From: Synergistota bacterium
GTDB lineage: Bacteria; Synergistota; Synergistia; Synergistales; Synergistaceae
Length of the DNA: 64,000 bases
NCBI GenBank assembly: GCA_034331105.1
Contig: JAXQGB010000006.1
Coordinates: 40,034 to 104,033, forward strand
Reading direction: 5' to 3'
The position numbers and the translations under genes were made by a program. This document shows, in pieces, positions 52,334 through 61,783 of this stretch (position 1 is its first letter; every line of letters starts with the position of its first letter). The notes beneath the pieces were generated by a model. It did no database searches. It saw only the letters and a list, made by a program, of their open reading frames with translations, and had not been told where the DNA came from.

Positions 52334-52385
52334 TTTGACTAATATAGACTAATATGGTTTATAACAACAACGGAGGTGTCTTAAA

Positions 52386-53075
52386 ATGATGTTCCCATAT
52401 TTAGATTCGACCATAGTTCTGTTGATACCTGCGATGCTCTTCTCTCTCTGGGCCCAGTTCAAGGTCAAGGGAGCTTTTTCAAGATACAGTGAGGTGAGGG
52501 CCGCAAGCGGTGTTACCGCTGACCAGGTCTCCAGGGCCCTGCTTGATAAATTTGGGCTCAGCAATGTAAAAGTGGAGAGGATACAGGGCCATCTTACTGA
52601 CCATTATGACCCGAGGAGCAAGGTGCTTCGCCTTTCAGATGCGGTATCGGGCAATTCAAGCATCGCCGCGATAGGTGTCGCCGCACACGAGGTAGGACAT
52701 GCGATCCAGGACAAAGAAGGCTATACCTTCCTTCGCATCAGAAATTCGATAGTACCGGCTGTTAATATTGGTTCCACTATGTCCATGCCCCTTTTCTTCA
52801 TAGGGCTGATAATGGGCTATACCCCGCTGCTCAACATAGGGATACTGCTCTTCTGCGGAGTCCTTGTATTTCATCTTGTGACCCTGCCCGTAGAGTTCGA
52901 CGCCAGCGCGAGGGCACTCAAGCTCCTTTCTGAGACAGGCCTTCTGGCAGGCAACGAAGTGGGCGGTGCAAAAGCTGTTCTTGACGCGGCCGCGCTCACT
53001 TATATTGCAGCTCTTGTAATGACCATACTCCAGCTGGTAAGGCTGCTCGCCCTCAGGGGGATGCGCAGAGACTAG
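52386..53075 (+). CDS. Membrane zinc metallopeptidase (YugP-like, Zn_peptidase_2)
   Basis: AAHEVGHAIQ (HExxH) and hydrophobic N- and C-terminal segments. Confidence 0.8.
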   Translation: MMFPYLDSTIVLLIPAMLFSLWAQFKVKGAFSRYSEVRAASGVTADQVSRALLDKFGLSNVKVERIQGHLTDHYDPRSKVLRLSDAVSGNSSIAAIGVAAHEVGHAIQDKEGYTFLRIRNSIVPAVNIGSTMSMPLFFIGLIMGYTPLLNIGILLFCGVLVFHLVTLPVEFDASARALKLLSETGLLAGNEVGGAKAVLDAAALTYIAALVMTILQLVRLLALRGMRRD

Positions 53076-53095
53076 CAAAATAGTGTAAAATATCG

Positions 53096-53124
53096 GGAGG
53101 TGGCATATAGCTGCCTCCTTTTTT
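53096..53124 (+). terminator. Terminator after the metallopeptidase gene
   Basis: Stem GGAGGTGGC/GCTGCCTCC (two G-U pairs), then T6. Confidence 0.5.
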
Positions 53125-53184
53125 GTTATATTTGAATCGTTCCATGAAAAAGCGGTATTCCGCACATAGAGGTGATCGGCACCG

Positions 53185-54504
53185 ATGAGAGGTATTGAAG
53201 CAGCGCTCCAGGTGTATGGGGAAGTAAGCGAAGGCGCCTTCGCCGCTGAAGCGCTCAGGAAGTTATACACGGATATTGCTCCTTCTGACAGGGTACTTGC
53301 CGCGACTCTCGTTTACTGTTCGCTGAGAAGGCAGGGGCTCTGGAAGCATCTGCTTATGAAATACTGCAGACGCAACACAAAAGATATGTCGCCACTTACG
53401 CATAATGCTCTTATCATTGGAATAGCAGGGATAGTGGAGCTTAAATATTTCGCACTTCCTGTTCTCATCAACGGCCTTGTACAGGCAATAAAATCAAAGG
53501 GCGATGATCACGATATAGGGCTTGTCAATGCCGTCCTGCACACCGTAGCAGATGAAGCCAAGTCATATCTGGCAGAGCTGAAAAAAAGCAGCGCACTCAG
53601 GGACCAGGCACTTTACTGGGGTGTCCCGGGGTGGGCGGCTGCTCAGTGGGCCAAGGACATGTCGATATCAGAGGCAAAGCACCTTGTAAAGTCAAGCGGA
53701 ATGAGAACGTATCTTTCGCTCAGGCTTTCACGTGGAGTAGACAGGGAAGAATGGCTGCAGGAATACAGGGCTTCAGGGAAAAAAGCCTGGGCATCCCCCT
53801 TTCTTGAAAGGTCGGTCCGCACCCCTGCGAATCCTTACCCGCTTGAGATCCCCGGATTTTCAGATGGCAGGATAACACCGCAGAGCGAATCGTCAATGTT
53901 TGTTGCGGAGGCATTTTCCAAACGCTGGAAGGGTGAGCCTCTGCTTGATATGTGCTGCGGACGGGGCATCAAGACAGGCCAGCTTGCTGATATGATGCCG
54001 GAAGCAAGGATCGAGGGATGGGACATATCCGAAGGCAGGATAAAATCTGCTGAGTACGAGATGATAAGGATGTGCACCGGGGACAGAGTCAGTTTTTACT
54101 GCGGAGATTCCCTCAGCCTTGAGCCGAAGACAGTGCCCAAAGCGATACTTCTGGATGCTCCATGTACCGGAAGCGGTACCTGGGGAAGGCATCCGGAAAG
54201 CAAATGGAGGATAACTCCCGAGATGGTTTCAGACGCTGCAGATCTTCAGAGAAAACTTCTTGACCGGGCTGTATCTCTCGTTGCGCCCGGAGGCATTGTG
54301 GCTTACAGCACATGCAGCGTGTTCAGGGAAGAGAATGAGAAGGTAGTCGCTGCGGTAATGGCCCAGCACCCTGAAATCAACGAAGTTCCGGTTGAAAGAA
54401 GCCATAAACTCATGTCAAAGGGCAAACCGTACGGCACTCTTATCTGGCCCGGTCTTCCGTGGATCGACGGTTTCTATCTGGCGCTTCTTGTAAAGCGCAA
54501 ATAG
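53185..54504 (+). CDS. rsmB: 16S rRNA m5C methyltransferase RsmB-like (NusB-like N-terminus plus NOL1/NOP2/Sun methyltransferase)
   Basis: LDMCCGRGIKT (SAM motif), LLDAPCTGSGTWGRHPE and YSTCSV. Confidence 0.8.
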   Translation: MRGIEAALQVYGEVSEGAFAAEALRKLYTDIAPSDRVLAATLVYCSLRRQGLWKHLLMKYCRRNTKDMSPLTHNALIIGIAGIVELKYFALPVLINGLVQAIKSKGDDHDIGLVNAVLHTVADEAKSYLAELKKSSALRDQALYWGVPGWAAAQWAKDMSISEAKHLVKSSGMRTYLSLRLSRGVDREEWLQEYRASGKKAWASPFLERSVRTPANPYPLEIPGFSDGRITPQSESSMFVAEAFSKRWKGEPLLDMCCGRGIKTGQLADMMPEARIEGWDISEGRIKSAEYEMIRMCTGDRVSFYCGDSLSLEPKTVPKAILLDAPCTGSGTWGRHPESKWRITPEMVSDAADLQRKLLDRAVSLVAPGGIVAYSTCSVFREENEKVVAAVMAQHPEINEVPVERSHKLMSKGKPYGTLIWPGLPWIDGFYLALLVKRK

Positions 54505-54525
54505 AGGGGAAGGGGAGCATTTTTT

Positions 54526-55680
54526 ATGGGTAAAGTTCATCGCTGGGGTATGGTGATAGCATTTATCGTGATCATAGCCAGTGCATATTTCGGGATAAAG
54601 ACAGTTTTCGTTGAGGACAAAAGTGCCACCGTGCCAAACATGGTAGGCTTGCAGCTTGTAGATGCAGTAGAAGCTCTTCAGAAGGAAGGACTCCTTGCCA
54701 AAGTCGACCAGGTCGATTCGCCTGAAAGGGCAGACACAGTGATCTCACAGAACCTCCCGGCAGGAGAGAAAGTATCAAAGGGAAAAGTGGTCATCGTCAG
54801 GGTCAGCAAAGGCGGATCTTTGCTTCCGGTCCCCGATGTAAGGGGGCTGAAGTTTGAGGAAGGCGTAAAAAGGCTAAGCGAAGCAGGCTTCAAAGTGGAC
54901 GAGATAACCAGGGTAACAGATAAACTTAAACCAGCCGGATCGATCATTGCACAGAACCCGGCTGCACCTCAGCAGGTAGCGGCTAACTGCATGGTAAGCC
55001 TCCTTGTCAGTTCAGGCGGAAGCAGCGTCGGTGCATTTGTAACAGTCCCCGATCTCAAGGGCCAGGGAGTTGATGTGGTGGCCCAGGTGCTCGAACAGAT
55101 AGGACTCACAGTCGGAAGCAAGTCAGAAACGCCTTCGATAGAGGTACCTGCAGGTACGGTAGTAATGACCAATCCAAAGAACGGAGCCAATGTCCCTGCC
55201 GGAACACCGGTCAACATCACGATCGCAAGAGCTTTAAAACCGGGCGAGGCTTCGAATGAAACTCCGCCGGCTGACGACCAGGATACTCAGAGGGCCGCTG
55301 CCGTCAGAACTGTTGTTATCAAAAACACCGAACCTTCGGATATCCCGACGAAGCTGCCTGAAAACCCTGCCCCGGCGCCGTCACAAGAACCCAATAAAGA
55401 GGAAGTCAAAATCGAGGAAGAGCCTGTAAAAGCTCCGGAACCGGCAAAGCCCGCCCCTGCGCTGAATCAGAAAACAGCAAAACTGAGATACCAGGTCCCG
55501 CCTCTGACTAAACCTCTCTCATTGAAAATTGAGCTTACAGATGATACGGGAACAAAGGTCATTAAGGATGTCATGGCAAACAGCAGCGAGTATATCTCGA
55601 TGAATGTTCCTTACACCGGACAGGCCACGATTACCATTTATCTGGGAGGTGACTTCGTATGGCAGGATCGTTTCAAATAA
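54526..55680 (+). CDS. Membrane-anchored protein with three PASTA repeats and no kinase domain
   Basis: TM segment WGMVIAFIVIIASAYF. Repeats start VPNMVG, VPDVRG and VPDLKG. A Pro-rich linker is followed by a beta-rich C-terminal domain. Confidence 0.8.
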   Translation: MGKVHRWGMVIAFIVIIASAYFGIKTVFVEDKSATVPNMVGLQLVDAVEALQKEGLLAKVDQVDSPERADTVISQNLPAGEKVSKGKVVIVRVSKGGSLLPVPDVRGLKFEEGVKRLSEAGFKVDEITRVTDKLKPAGSIIAQNPAAPQQVAANCMVSLLVSSGGSSVGAFVTVPDLKGQGVDVVAQVLEQIGLTVGSKSETPSIEVPAGTVVMTNPKNGANVPAGTPVNITIARALKPGEASNETPPADDQDTQRAAAVRTVVIKNTEPSDIPTKLPENPAPAPSQEPNKEEVKIEEEPVKAPEPAKPAPALNQKTAKLRYQVPPLTKPLSLKIELTDDTGTKVIKDVMANSSEYISMNVPYTGQATITIYLGGDFVWQDRFK

Positions 55681-56387
55681 TGAATGAGATGGAAGGCAGG
55701 AGCGTGATCATTTCGCCCTCGCTGCTTTCCGCGGATGTCCTCAATATGGAGAGGGATATCGAGAAAATTCAGAGTGAGGCCGAATGGCTCCACCTCGATA
55801 TCATGGACGGACATTTTGTGCCGAACCTTTCATACGGCCCCTCTCTTTTAAAAGCGCTTAGAAAGAGATACCCTGACAAATTTATTGATGTACATATTAT
55901 GGTCGAACCTCCGGAAGCCTTTACAGGAATGTTCCTTGCGGAGAAGCCTTCCGTGCTGACTGTCCATGCTGAAGCGACCCCGCACATACACAGGGTCCTC
56001 CAGAGCATACGGCTCGAAGGTGTTCCCTGTGGCGTTTCGATCAATCCGGGAACACCGGCAGAAGTGCTTTATCCTATCCTTCATATGGTCGACCTTGTAC
56101 TGGTAATGTCAGTCAACCCCGGATACGGTGGGCAGTCATTCATACCCGAAACTCTGAAGAAAGTATCGGCTCTGGCGGAATGGCGCAGAACAAACGAAGG
56201 CGGCTATCTTATCCAGATGGATGGCGGGATCGGCCCTGACAACACGGAGCTTGCAGTAAGGCATGGGTGTGACGTACTGGTCGCGGGAAGCGCGATATTC
56301 AGCAAACCCGATCCGGCAGCGGTGATCAGGGAAATGCGCGTCAACGCAGAAAGGGGGCGTCAGATTGGAGAAAAAAGAGACTCATAA
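55680..56387 (+). CDS. rpe: Ribulose-phosphate 3-epimerase
   Basis: ISPSLLSAD...LHLDIMDGHFVPNLSYG...MSVNPGYGGQSF. TAATG overlap with the PASTA gene. Confidence 0.9.
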   Translation: MNEMEGRSVIISPSLLSADVLNMERDIEKIQSEAEWLHLDIMDGHFVPNLSYGPSLLKALRKRYPDKFIDVHIMVEPPEAFTGMFLAEKPSVLTVHAEATPHIHRVLQSIRLEGVPCGVSINPGTPAEVLYPILHMVDLVLVMSVNPGYGGQSFIPETLKKVSALAEWRRTNEGGYLIQMDGGIGPDNTELAVRHGCDVLVAGSAIFSKPDPAAVIREMRVNAERGRQIGEKRDS

Positions 56388-57312
56388 TGAGGAACAAAAG
56401 ACCCAGATACAGATAAAGGAACTCGGGTCGCGACTGAAGAGCATAAGGGAAGCCCAGGGACTTTCAATAGCAGATGTTTCTAATGTGACCAAAATACAGA
56501 AACACTATCTGTCAGCGATCGAAGATGGAGATCTTGACCATTTGCCAAAGGGCCCTTACGTCAGAAGTTTCGTACGGCAGTACTGCGATCACCTGAGCGC
56601 TCCTGATATATGGAAAAGCTACGACGTCATAACCAAAAGGCAGAAAGCGACAGCACCACTGATCACTGCAGGGGACGAAACGAATTACAGCGATTCTCCT
56701 AAGATCTTCAAGCCCAGATCTTTTTTGTGGCTCTATCTTTTGATAGCTCTGTCACTTGGGGCTGCCGGGTGGATAACCTGGCAGTACAGAGGTGACATTA
56801 AAACTTCTGCGACAAGCCCTATAGACGGAGGAACGACCGGTACAGTAAGGGAGCAGAAGCCGGAAGAACAGCAAGTTCCGCTGTCGGCGGACGAAGCAGT
56901 CCCCCCCGCATCAGGGGATGTCGTCAGCAAAGACGGGCAGACAGACCTCTCATGGATGGACGGCAAACAGCCTATGCAGGTGACTGATTCAGCTGAAGCC
57001 GCTAAAGTTACTGCGCCGCAGACCGGAGCATCAAAGCAGGCAACCGGCCCCAGATCCCTAAAGGTTACGGCAGAAAGTGCCTATGTATGGATGAAGATCA
57101 GCCGGGGCGATAAAATACTTTTCGAGGGAACTATGAAGCCCGGTGAATTTAAAGAGTATGAGGTAAGCTCAGGACTGCCGATAAGGGTCAGGATAGGAAA
57201 ACCAGGCAGTACCTCGATACTGTGGGAAGGAAAGAAGATATTTCCTATAGCTCCCGGCAGTAATCCGGCGACGAAATTCTTCTGGCCCGACGGAAAAATT
57301 TCAGACAGTTGA
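56365..57312 (+). CDS. rodZ: RodZ-like cytoskeleton protein (HTH, TM segment, DUF4115-like C-terminus)
   Basis: LGSRLKSIREAQGLSIADVSNVTKIQKHYLSAIEDGDLDHLP, a single TM segment, and a C-terminal domain ending ...VRIGKPGSTSILWEGK. Confidence 0.7.
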   Translation: MEKKETHNEEQKTQIQIKELGSRLKSIREAQGLSIADVSNVTKIQKHYLSAIEDGDLDHLPKGPYVRSFVRQYCDHLSAPDIWKSYDVITKRQKATAPLITAGDETNYSDSPKIFKPRSFLWLYLLIALSLGAAGWITWQYRGDIKTSATSPIDGGTTGTVREQKPEEQQVPLSADEAVPPASGDVVSKDGQTDLSWMDGKQPMQVTDSAEAAKVTAPQTGASKQATGPRSLKVTAESAYVWMKISRGDKILFEGTMKPGEFKEYEVSSGLPIRVRIGKPGSTSILWEGKKIFPIAPGSNPATKFFWPDGKISDS

Positions 57313-57339
57313 TCCTCTAAACAAGTCTCTTGTGGATAT

Positions 57340-57384
57340 AAAAGAGGGAAGCCCCTGATCTCAGGCAGGCTTCCCTCTTTTTTG
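57340..57384. terminator. Bidirectional terminator between convergent rodZ and the exported SOR-like gene
   Basis: Stem AGAGGGAAGCC/GGCTTCCCTCT flanked by an A-run and a T-run. Confidence 0.75.
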
Positions 57385-57408
57385 CTGTATATATGGGATA
57401 AGCAAGTC

Positions 57409-57759
57409 CTATGGGATCTTTATTTCAGATTCTGTCGAGCCCATAATGTTGCAGACAAGCTGTACTCTAACTATCGAGCCGGGTTTCAGTCCCTGCAGAA
57501 TTACGCTGTCACTGAAGCCGCCCGGTCCTCCCTGCTTGTCGTACTGTTTCAGAAGCAGCTGCTTGTTGCCTTCAAAGACTGTAAGTGTGAGGATGTAATG
57601 TTTAACAGGATCATTGACACTGTGCTCAGATGTTACTGTCAGGGTCTCAGACGCTTTATCCCAAACTGCATTTACATTTTTTGGGGGGTGTGCGAAGGAT
57701 GAACCTGCTGAGACCAGTATCAACAGAGCTGCAAAGGCATAGATCAAGGTCTTTTTCAT
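57409..57759 (-). CDS. Exported small beta-protein with a superoxide-reductase-like ligand pattern (function unknown)
   Basis: Signal peptide MKKTLIYAFAALLILVSAGSSFA, then mature HPPKNV... Also EH, KHYI and VCNIMG motifs. Lies downstream of copZ. Confidence 0.4.
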   Translation of the reverse strand: MKKTLIYAFAALLILVSAGSSFAHPPKNVNAVWDKASETLTVTSEHSVNDPVKHYILTLTVFEGNKQLLLKQYDKQGGPGGFSDSVILQGLKPGSIVRVQLVCNIMGSTESEIKIP

Positions 57760-57796
57760 TTCTATTCCCCCTTATCTGAAATCAATTCTATCATAA

Positions 57797-58006
57797 TTAA
57801 CTCTTTATTTCGGCGTCATAACCTGCTTCGTCTATTTTTTTAAGTAGTTCTTCGGATGAGACATCTGCTTCAACTAAAACTATTTTTGTCTCGAGATCAA
57901 GAGATATCACGTTCCCGCCAAGAGATGAAACAGCTTCACGTATACGTTTTTCGCAATGGCCGCACGTCATTTCCGGAATTAAAAGCGTAAATTTTTTCAT
58001 TTTCAT
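57797..58006 (-). CDS. copZ: Heavy-metal-associated copper chaperone CopZ
   Basis: MTCGHCEKRIREAV motif. 69 aa. Confidence 0.85.
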   Translation of the reverse strand: MKMKKFTLLIPEMTCGHCEKRIREAVSSLGGNVISLDLETKIVLVEADVSSEELLKKIDEAGYDAEIKS

Positions 58007-58016
58007 GTCCTCCTTG

Positions 58017-60185
58017 TTATTTGTCTGCCGAGCCTGAAATGCGAAGCGAGTTCAAAATTACTGTTATAGAGCTTGCTGCCATCGCCAGCTCTGCTACGAG
58101 CGGATGGAGCAGTCCCAGCATCGCAAGTGGAATGGCGATGATGTTGTAAAAGAATGCGCCAAAAAGATTCTGGCGGATAACTTGCCATGTCTTTTCAGAT
58201 ATTTTAACAGCTGATACTATCTTTGAGATACCGCCTTTAAGGATAACTATGTCTGCACTGTCAACGGCAAGATCCATGCCTCCGCCCATCGCTACGCCGA
58301 CATGTGCGCCCTTAAGGGCCGCGGCATCGTTTATACCGTCTCCTGCCATAAGGACTTTCCTGCCCTTGCTCTGGGTCTCCCTCACTATCGAGAGTTTATC
58401 TTCGGGACGGACTTCCCATCTGACGTTTTCTATCCCTGCCTGTTCAGCAATTTCCAATGCTGCCTCCATACCGTCCCCCGTGGCCATCATCGTGGTTATG
58501 CCAAGTTCCGCGAGGGCTGAGACAGCCTCTTTAGAGTCTTCCCTTATCGGATCAGAGATGGCAAAAAAACCGACCGGGATGCCGTTTTTTCTCACTTCAA
58601 CAATAGAGCGTGCAAGAGCTGACCTGGCTGTCCATTTTGACCTGTTGAGAGGCCTGCCCACGAACCATTCGACATCCCCCCATCTTCCTGTAACCCCCTC
58701 TCCCGGTATCTCTTCAACGTTTTCTGGTTTTTCGTACTCACGTGTACCCAGGGTCCTGACTACAGCTTTGGCTACAGGGTGCCCGGAATTGGATTCAAGG
58801 GCGTACGCAAAGGGGATGGCCTCATCTTCAAGTTCCCATTCAAGCACTTTCGGTTCGCCTAAGGTCAGTGTGCCTGTCTTGTCGAGGATGGCGTGGTCAA
58901 CTTCGTGCAATGTCTGGATCGCCTCCGCATTCCTGATCAGAAGGCCGTTTTTTGAAGCTTCGCCGGTGCTGACCACAAGGGCAAGCGGGGTCGCAAGTCC
59001 AAGTGCGCAGGGACATGCTATGACCAGAGTTGCCACGAAGGAATATGCGGCCGCGGATACAGCTGAGCTGAATGCCGTTGGCCAGGGGAGATATGCTGCC
59101 AGCGGCGCAATATAGACAGAAAGGCTGTCGAAAAAGAAAAACCAAATCAAAGCGCTCATCACAGCGAGCGAAATGACAGCAGGAACGAATTTGATGGTTA
59201 TCCTGTCTGCAAGATCCTGAAGGGGCACCTTGCTCCCCTGGGCTTCCCTCACCAGGTCGAGCATTTTTGAGAGGAATGTGTCCTCGCCTACTTTTGTTGT
59301 CCTGATCAGAAGCACGCCTGTAAGATTCATGGCCCCCCCTGTAACGTCAGATCCAACATCCTTCACAGCAGGCTGGGATTCACCTGTCAAAAGGGATTCA
59401 TCGACTCCGGAGAGCCCTTCCTCGACTACGCCGTCAAGCGGTATCCTCTCACCCGGGTTGACCTGGATGACCGTTTCAGGCTTTACAGCTTCTATCGGGA
59501 CCATGAGAGTCATCCCTTCAGAGACGATGCGGGCTTCCCTGGGCTGAAGCGTCATAAGGGCCTTTACCTGTTTTGCTGCCTTGTCCCTGAGGTGTGATTC
59601 AATATACCTGCCCGTAAGGTGCAGCATGAGTATCATGACTCCTATTGTACCGAAGGAGGGGATGTCAAGGCCGAAGTAGTTCATGAGTGCTGTGACCCAT
59701 GAGGCCACGGCGCTTATAGCTATAAGAGTGTCCATGTTGGTGTGGGCGTGTGCAACTGCTATCCATGCCCCGCGGAGCGTTTTGCGCCCGCCCCAGAATA
59801 TGGCGATGCCTCCCGCAACTATCTCCATTATCCCGTACCAGTGGTAGTGGATACCCATTGCCATGTGCATGAACATCAGCACCGACATGGGTATGCCGAT
59901 CAGAAGTATGAAGAAGAGGTCTTTTCTGGCCTCGCGGTATTTTATGTCATCTATGTCTGCCGGAGCCTCTTTAAGTATCTTATACCCGCTTTTTTCAACA
60001 GCATTTTCAAGCATTTCAAATGTAACAGAACCGTCAGCTGCAACAAAGACGCTTTCTGTTGCAAGGTTGACGGAAGCATAAGATACACCCTCTACTTTCG
60101 AGAGCGCCCTTTCAACTATTTTCGAACAGGTCGTACAGGTCATACCTGTTACGCGAAAAGACATTTTTTGTTCTGACATGGCCAA
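58017..60185 (-). CDS. copA: Copper-translocating P-type ATPase
   Basis: N-terminal HMA GMTCTTCSKIVE, TM CPC motif (IACPCALGLATP), DKTGTLT and GDGINDAAAL. Confidence 0.9.
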   Translation of the reverse strand: MAMSEQKMSFRVTGMTCTTCSKIVERALSKVEGVSYASVNLATESVFVAADGSVTFEMLENAVEKSGYKILKEAPADIDDIKYREARKDLFFILLIGIPMSVLMFMHMAMGIHYHWYGIMEIVAGGIAIFWGGRKTLRGAWIAVAHAHTNMDTLIAISAVASWVTALMNYFGLDIPSFGTIGVMILMLHLTGRYIESHLRDKAAKQVKALMTLQPREARIVSEGMTLMVPIEAVKPETVIQVNPGERIPLDGVVEEGLSGVDESLLTGESQPAVKDVGSDVTGGAMNLTGVLLIRTTKVGEDTFLSKMLDLVREAQGSKVPLQDLADRITIKFVPAVISLAVMSALIWFFFFDSLSVYIAPLAAYLPWPTAFSSAVSAAAYSFVATLVIACPCALGLATPLALVVSTGEASKNGLLIRNAEAIQTLHEVDHAILDKTGTLTLGEPKVLEWELEDEAIPFAYALESNSGHPVAKAVVRTLGTREYEKPENVEEIPGEGVTGRWGDVEWFVGRPLNRSKWTARSALARSIVEVRKNGIPVGFFAISDPIREDSKEAVSALAELGITTMMATGDGMEAALEIAEQAGIENVRWEVRPEDKLSIVRETQSKGRKVLMAGDGINDAAALKGAHVGVAMGGGMDLAVDSADIVILKGGISKIVSAVKISEKTWQVIRQNLFGAFFYNIIAIPLAMLGLLHPLVAELAMAASSITVILNSLRISGSADK

Positions 60186-60251
60186 CCTCCAAAAAAAATC
60201 ACATAAAGACTTGCCTGAAATGAAAAGGTCGCTATAATATTAACGTTGTCC

Positions 60252-60339
60252 GGAGAGCTGTCCGAGTGGTCTATGGTGACTGACTTGAAATCAGTTGGGT
60301 GTCACAGCCCCAGGGGTTCGAATCCTCTGCTCTCCGCCA
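60252..60339 (+). tRNA. tRNA-Ser (anticodon TGA), long variable arm, CCA encoded
   Basis: Acceptor GGAGAGC/GCTCTCC, anticodon loop CTTGAAA, T arm AGGGG-TTCGAAT-CCTCT. Confidence 0.9.
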
Positions 60340-60455
60340 GGCTTTATATAGGGCGGCTTCCTTCACGGGAGCCGCTCATCGTTATAATGATACTTTACCC
60401 TCTTTGGCGTATACAGGTTTTTTTGCTGATATGGCTACTCGTAAAGAAACTGATA

Positions 60456-60872
60456 ATGGGGACATATATGATAAAATTTATACATTCAGAAAAGGAAGCG
60501 GGGTTGCCCGAATTGAAAAGAATAGCTGCAGCTGTGATACTGATACTGATCTTTGCCATGCCGGCTTTTGCCGTATTCAGCTCAAAGGGGCAGATCCCCA
60601 ACGGAGCTCCCGTCGAGTACCGTGGACTCAAGGTAACATCAGAGGGAGTCAACATCACTATTGTGAACAAAGGGGAAGCTCCTGTAAAATTTTCAGCTGC
60701 CTGTAGTTTTGTAGGTGAGAACAGAAATGAGATCGGTGATATCTTCATCGAGGAGACCCTGCTGGCACCCGGTGAGGATAAGCAGTTCAAAGGCCTTTAT
60801 TTCAAAGGTGATCTCAATCTGGCAAAAAAGGCAGCTTCTCTGAAGTGGACGATCTATAAACTCGAACAGTAG
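60456..60872 (+). CDS. Hypothetical membrane-anchored/exported protein
   Basis: Signal-anchor AAAVILILIFAMPAFAVF and a beta-rich body. The ORF-track N-terminus overlaps tRNA-Ser, so the start is moved to the ATG at 60456 (or 60468). Confidence 0.4.
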   Translation: MGTYMIKFIHSEKEAGLPELKRIAAAVILILIFAMPAFAVFSSKGQIPNGAPVEYRGLKVTSEGVNITIVNKGEAPVKFSAACSFVGENRNEIGDIFIEETLLAPGEDKQFKGLYFKGDLNLAKKAASLKWTIYKLEQ

Positions 60873-60905
60873 TTCTGCGTTGTTTCTTAAAAAATATACA
60901 TCCAG

Positions 60906-60931
60906 GGGCCGCTTAGCAGCGGTCTTTTTTT
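60906..60931 (+). terminator. Terminator after the hypothetical gene
   Basis: Stem GGCCGCT/AGCGGTC (one G-U pair), then T7. Confidence 0.5.
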
Positions 60932-61060
60932 GTGCAAAAAAAGTATTTGACAATTTTAATAAAGAGGATTATTCTTGGCCTCTAACCAAAAAATGACAGC
61001 TGAGAAAGCCGATATTTCGGCCATACACTGCATAAGCTGTCTGAGAAGGAGGTTAGAGGG

Positions 61061-61783
61061 ATGAAGACCCTTGCAGTGATCCCCGCAAGATTTGCAAGCA
61101 CAAGACTTCCAGGAAAGCCCCTCGTTCCGATAGCAGGGGTGCCGCTTGTCATAAGAGTCCTCTCGAATGTCAGCAGATGCAGAAGTGTAGACAGGGTAGT
61201 CGTCGCCACAGACGATGAAAGGATAGCCGCGCTCGTCCGTGAGAACGGAGGAGAGGCAATGATGACCCCTCCCGATCTTCCAAGCGGTGGAGACCGTGTC
61301 GCATGGGCCGCAGAGAGGATCCCTTCAGAATATGTAATAAACGTGCAGGTTGATGACCCCCTTGTCGGCAGCGACATGATAGACCCTCTCATTGAGGTGC
61401 TGAGCTCTGCTCCGGATGTCTCACTCGCTCTTCTCGCAAAAAAGATCGAACGTGACGAAGAGATAACATCCCCCGACATCGTTAAGATGGTTTTTGACAA
61501 AAACGGCAAAGGACTCTACTTCAGCCGTTCCCCCATACCTTTCCCCCGGAGTCCAGAAGGGACATGGTACAAGCACATCGGACCCTATGCCTGGAGGCGT
61601 GACTTCCTCCTTGGTTTTTCGAAATGGGAGCAGACCCCGCTTGAGAAGGCAGAGAGCCTTGAGATGCTCAGGGTCCTTGAGAGAGGGCATTCCATAAGGT
61701 GCATCGTCACGCAGCGTGACACTATCGAGATAGATACCCCGAACGACCTGCTTAGAATAGAGGAATACCTTTCCGGCCCCTGA
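61061..61783 (+). CDS. kdsB: 3-deoxy-manno-octulosonate cytidylyltransferase
   Basis: AVIPARFASTRLPGKPL N-terminal motif. 240 aa. GAAGGAGG RBS. Confidence 0.9.
   Translation: MKTLAVIPARFASTRLPGKPLVPIAGVPLVIRVLSNVSRCRSVDRVVVATDDERIAALVRENGGEAMMTPPDLPSGGDRVAWAAERIPSEYVINVQVDDPLVGSDMIDPLIEVLSSAPDVSLALLAKKIERDEEITSPDIVKMVFDKNGKGLYFSRSPIPFPRSPEGTWYKHIGPYAWRRDFLLGFSKWEQTPLEKAESLEMLRVLERGHSIRCIVTQRDTIEIDTPNDLLRIEEYLSGP

Noticed and set aside
52656-53270. 204-aa minus-strand ORF spanning the metallopeptidase gene, its terminator and the rsmB start
   Set aside because: It crosses a terminator and two better-supported plus-strand genes. No family features are present.
58249-59115. 288-aa plus-strand ORF antisense to copA
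   Set aside because: It lies opposite a complete P-type ATPase that has all signature motifs. The translation is Ser/Pro/Ala-rich, typical of an antisense artefact.
60246-60455. N-terminal 70 codons of the 208-aa ORF 60246-60872
   Set aside because: This part overlaps tRNA-Ser (60252-60339) on the same strand. The plausible protein begins at the ATG at 60456 or 60468, just before the signal-anchor segment.
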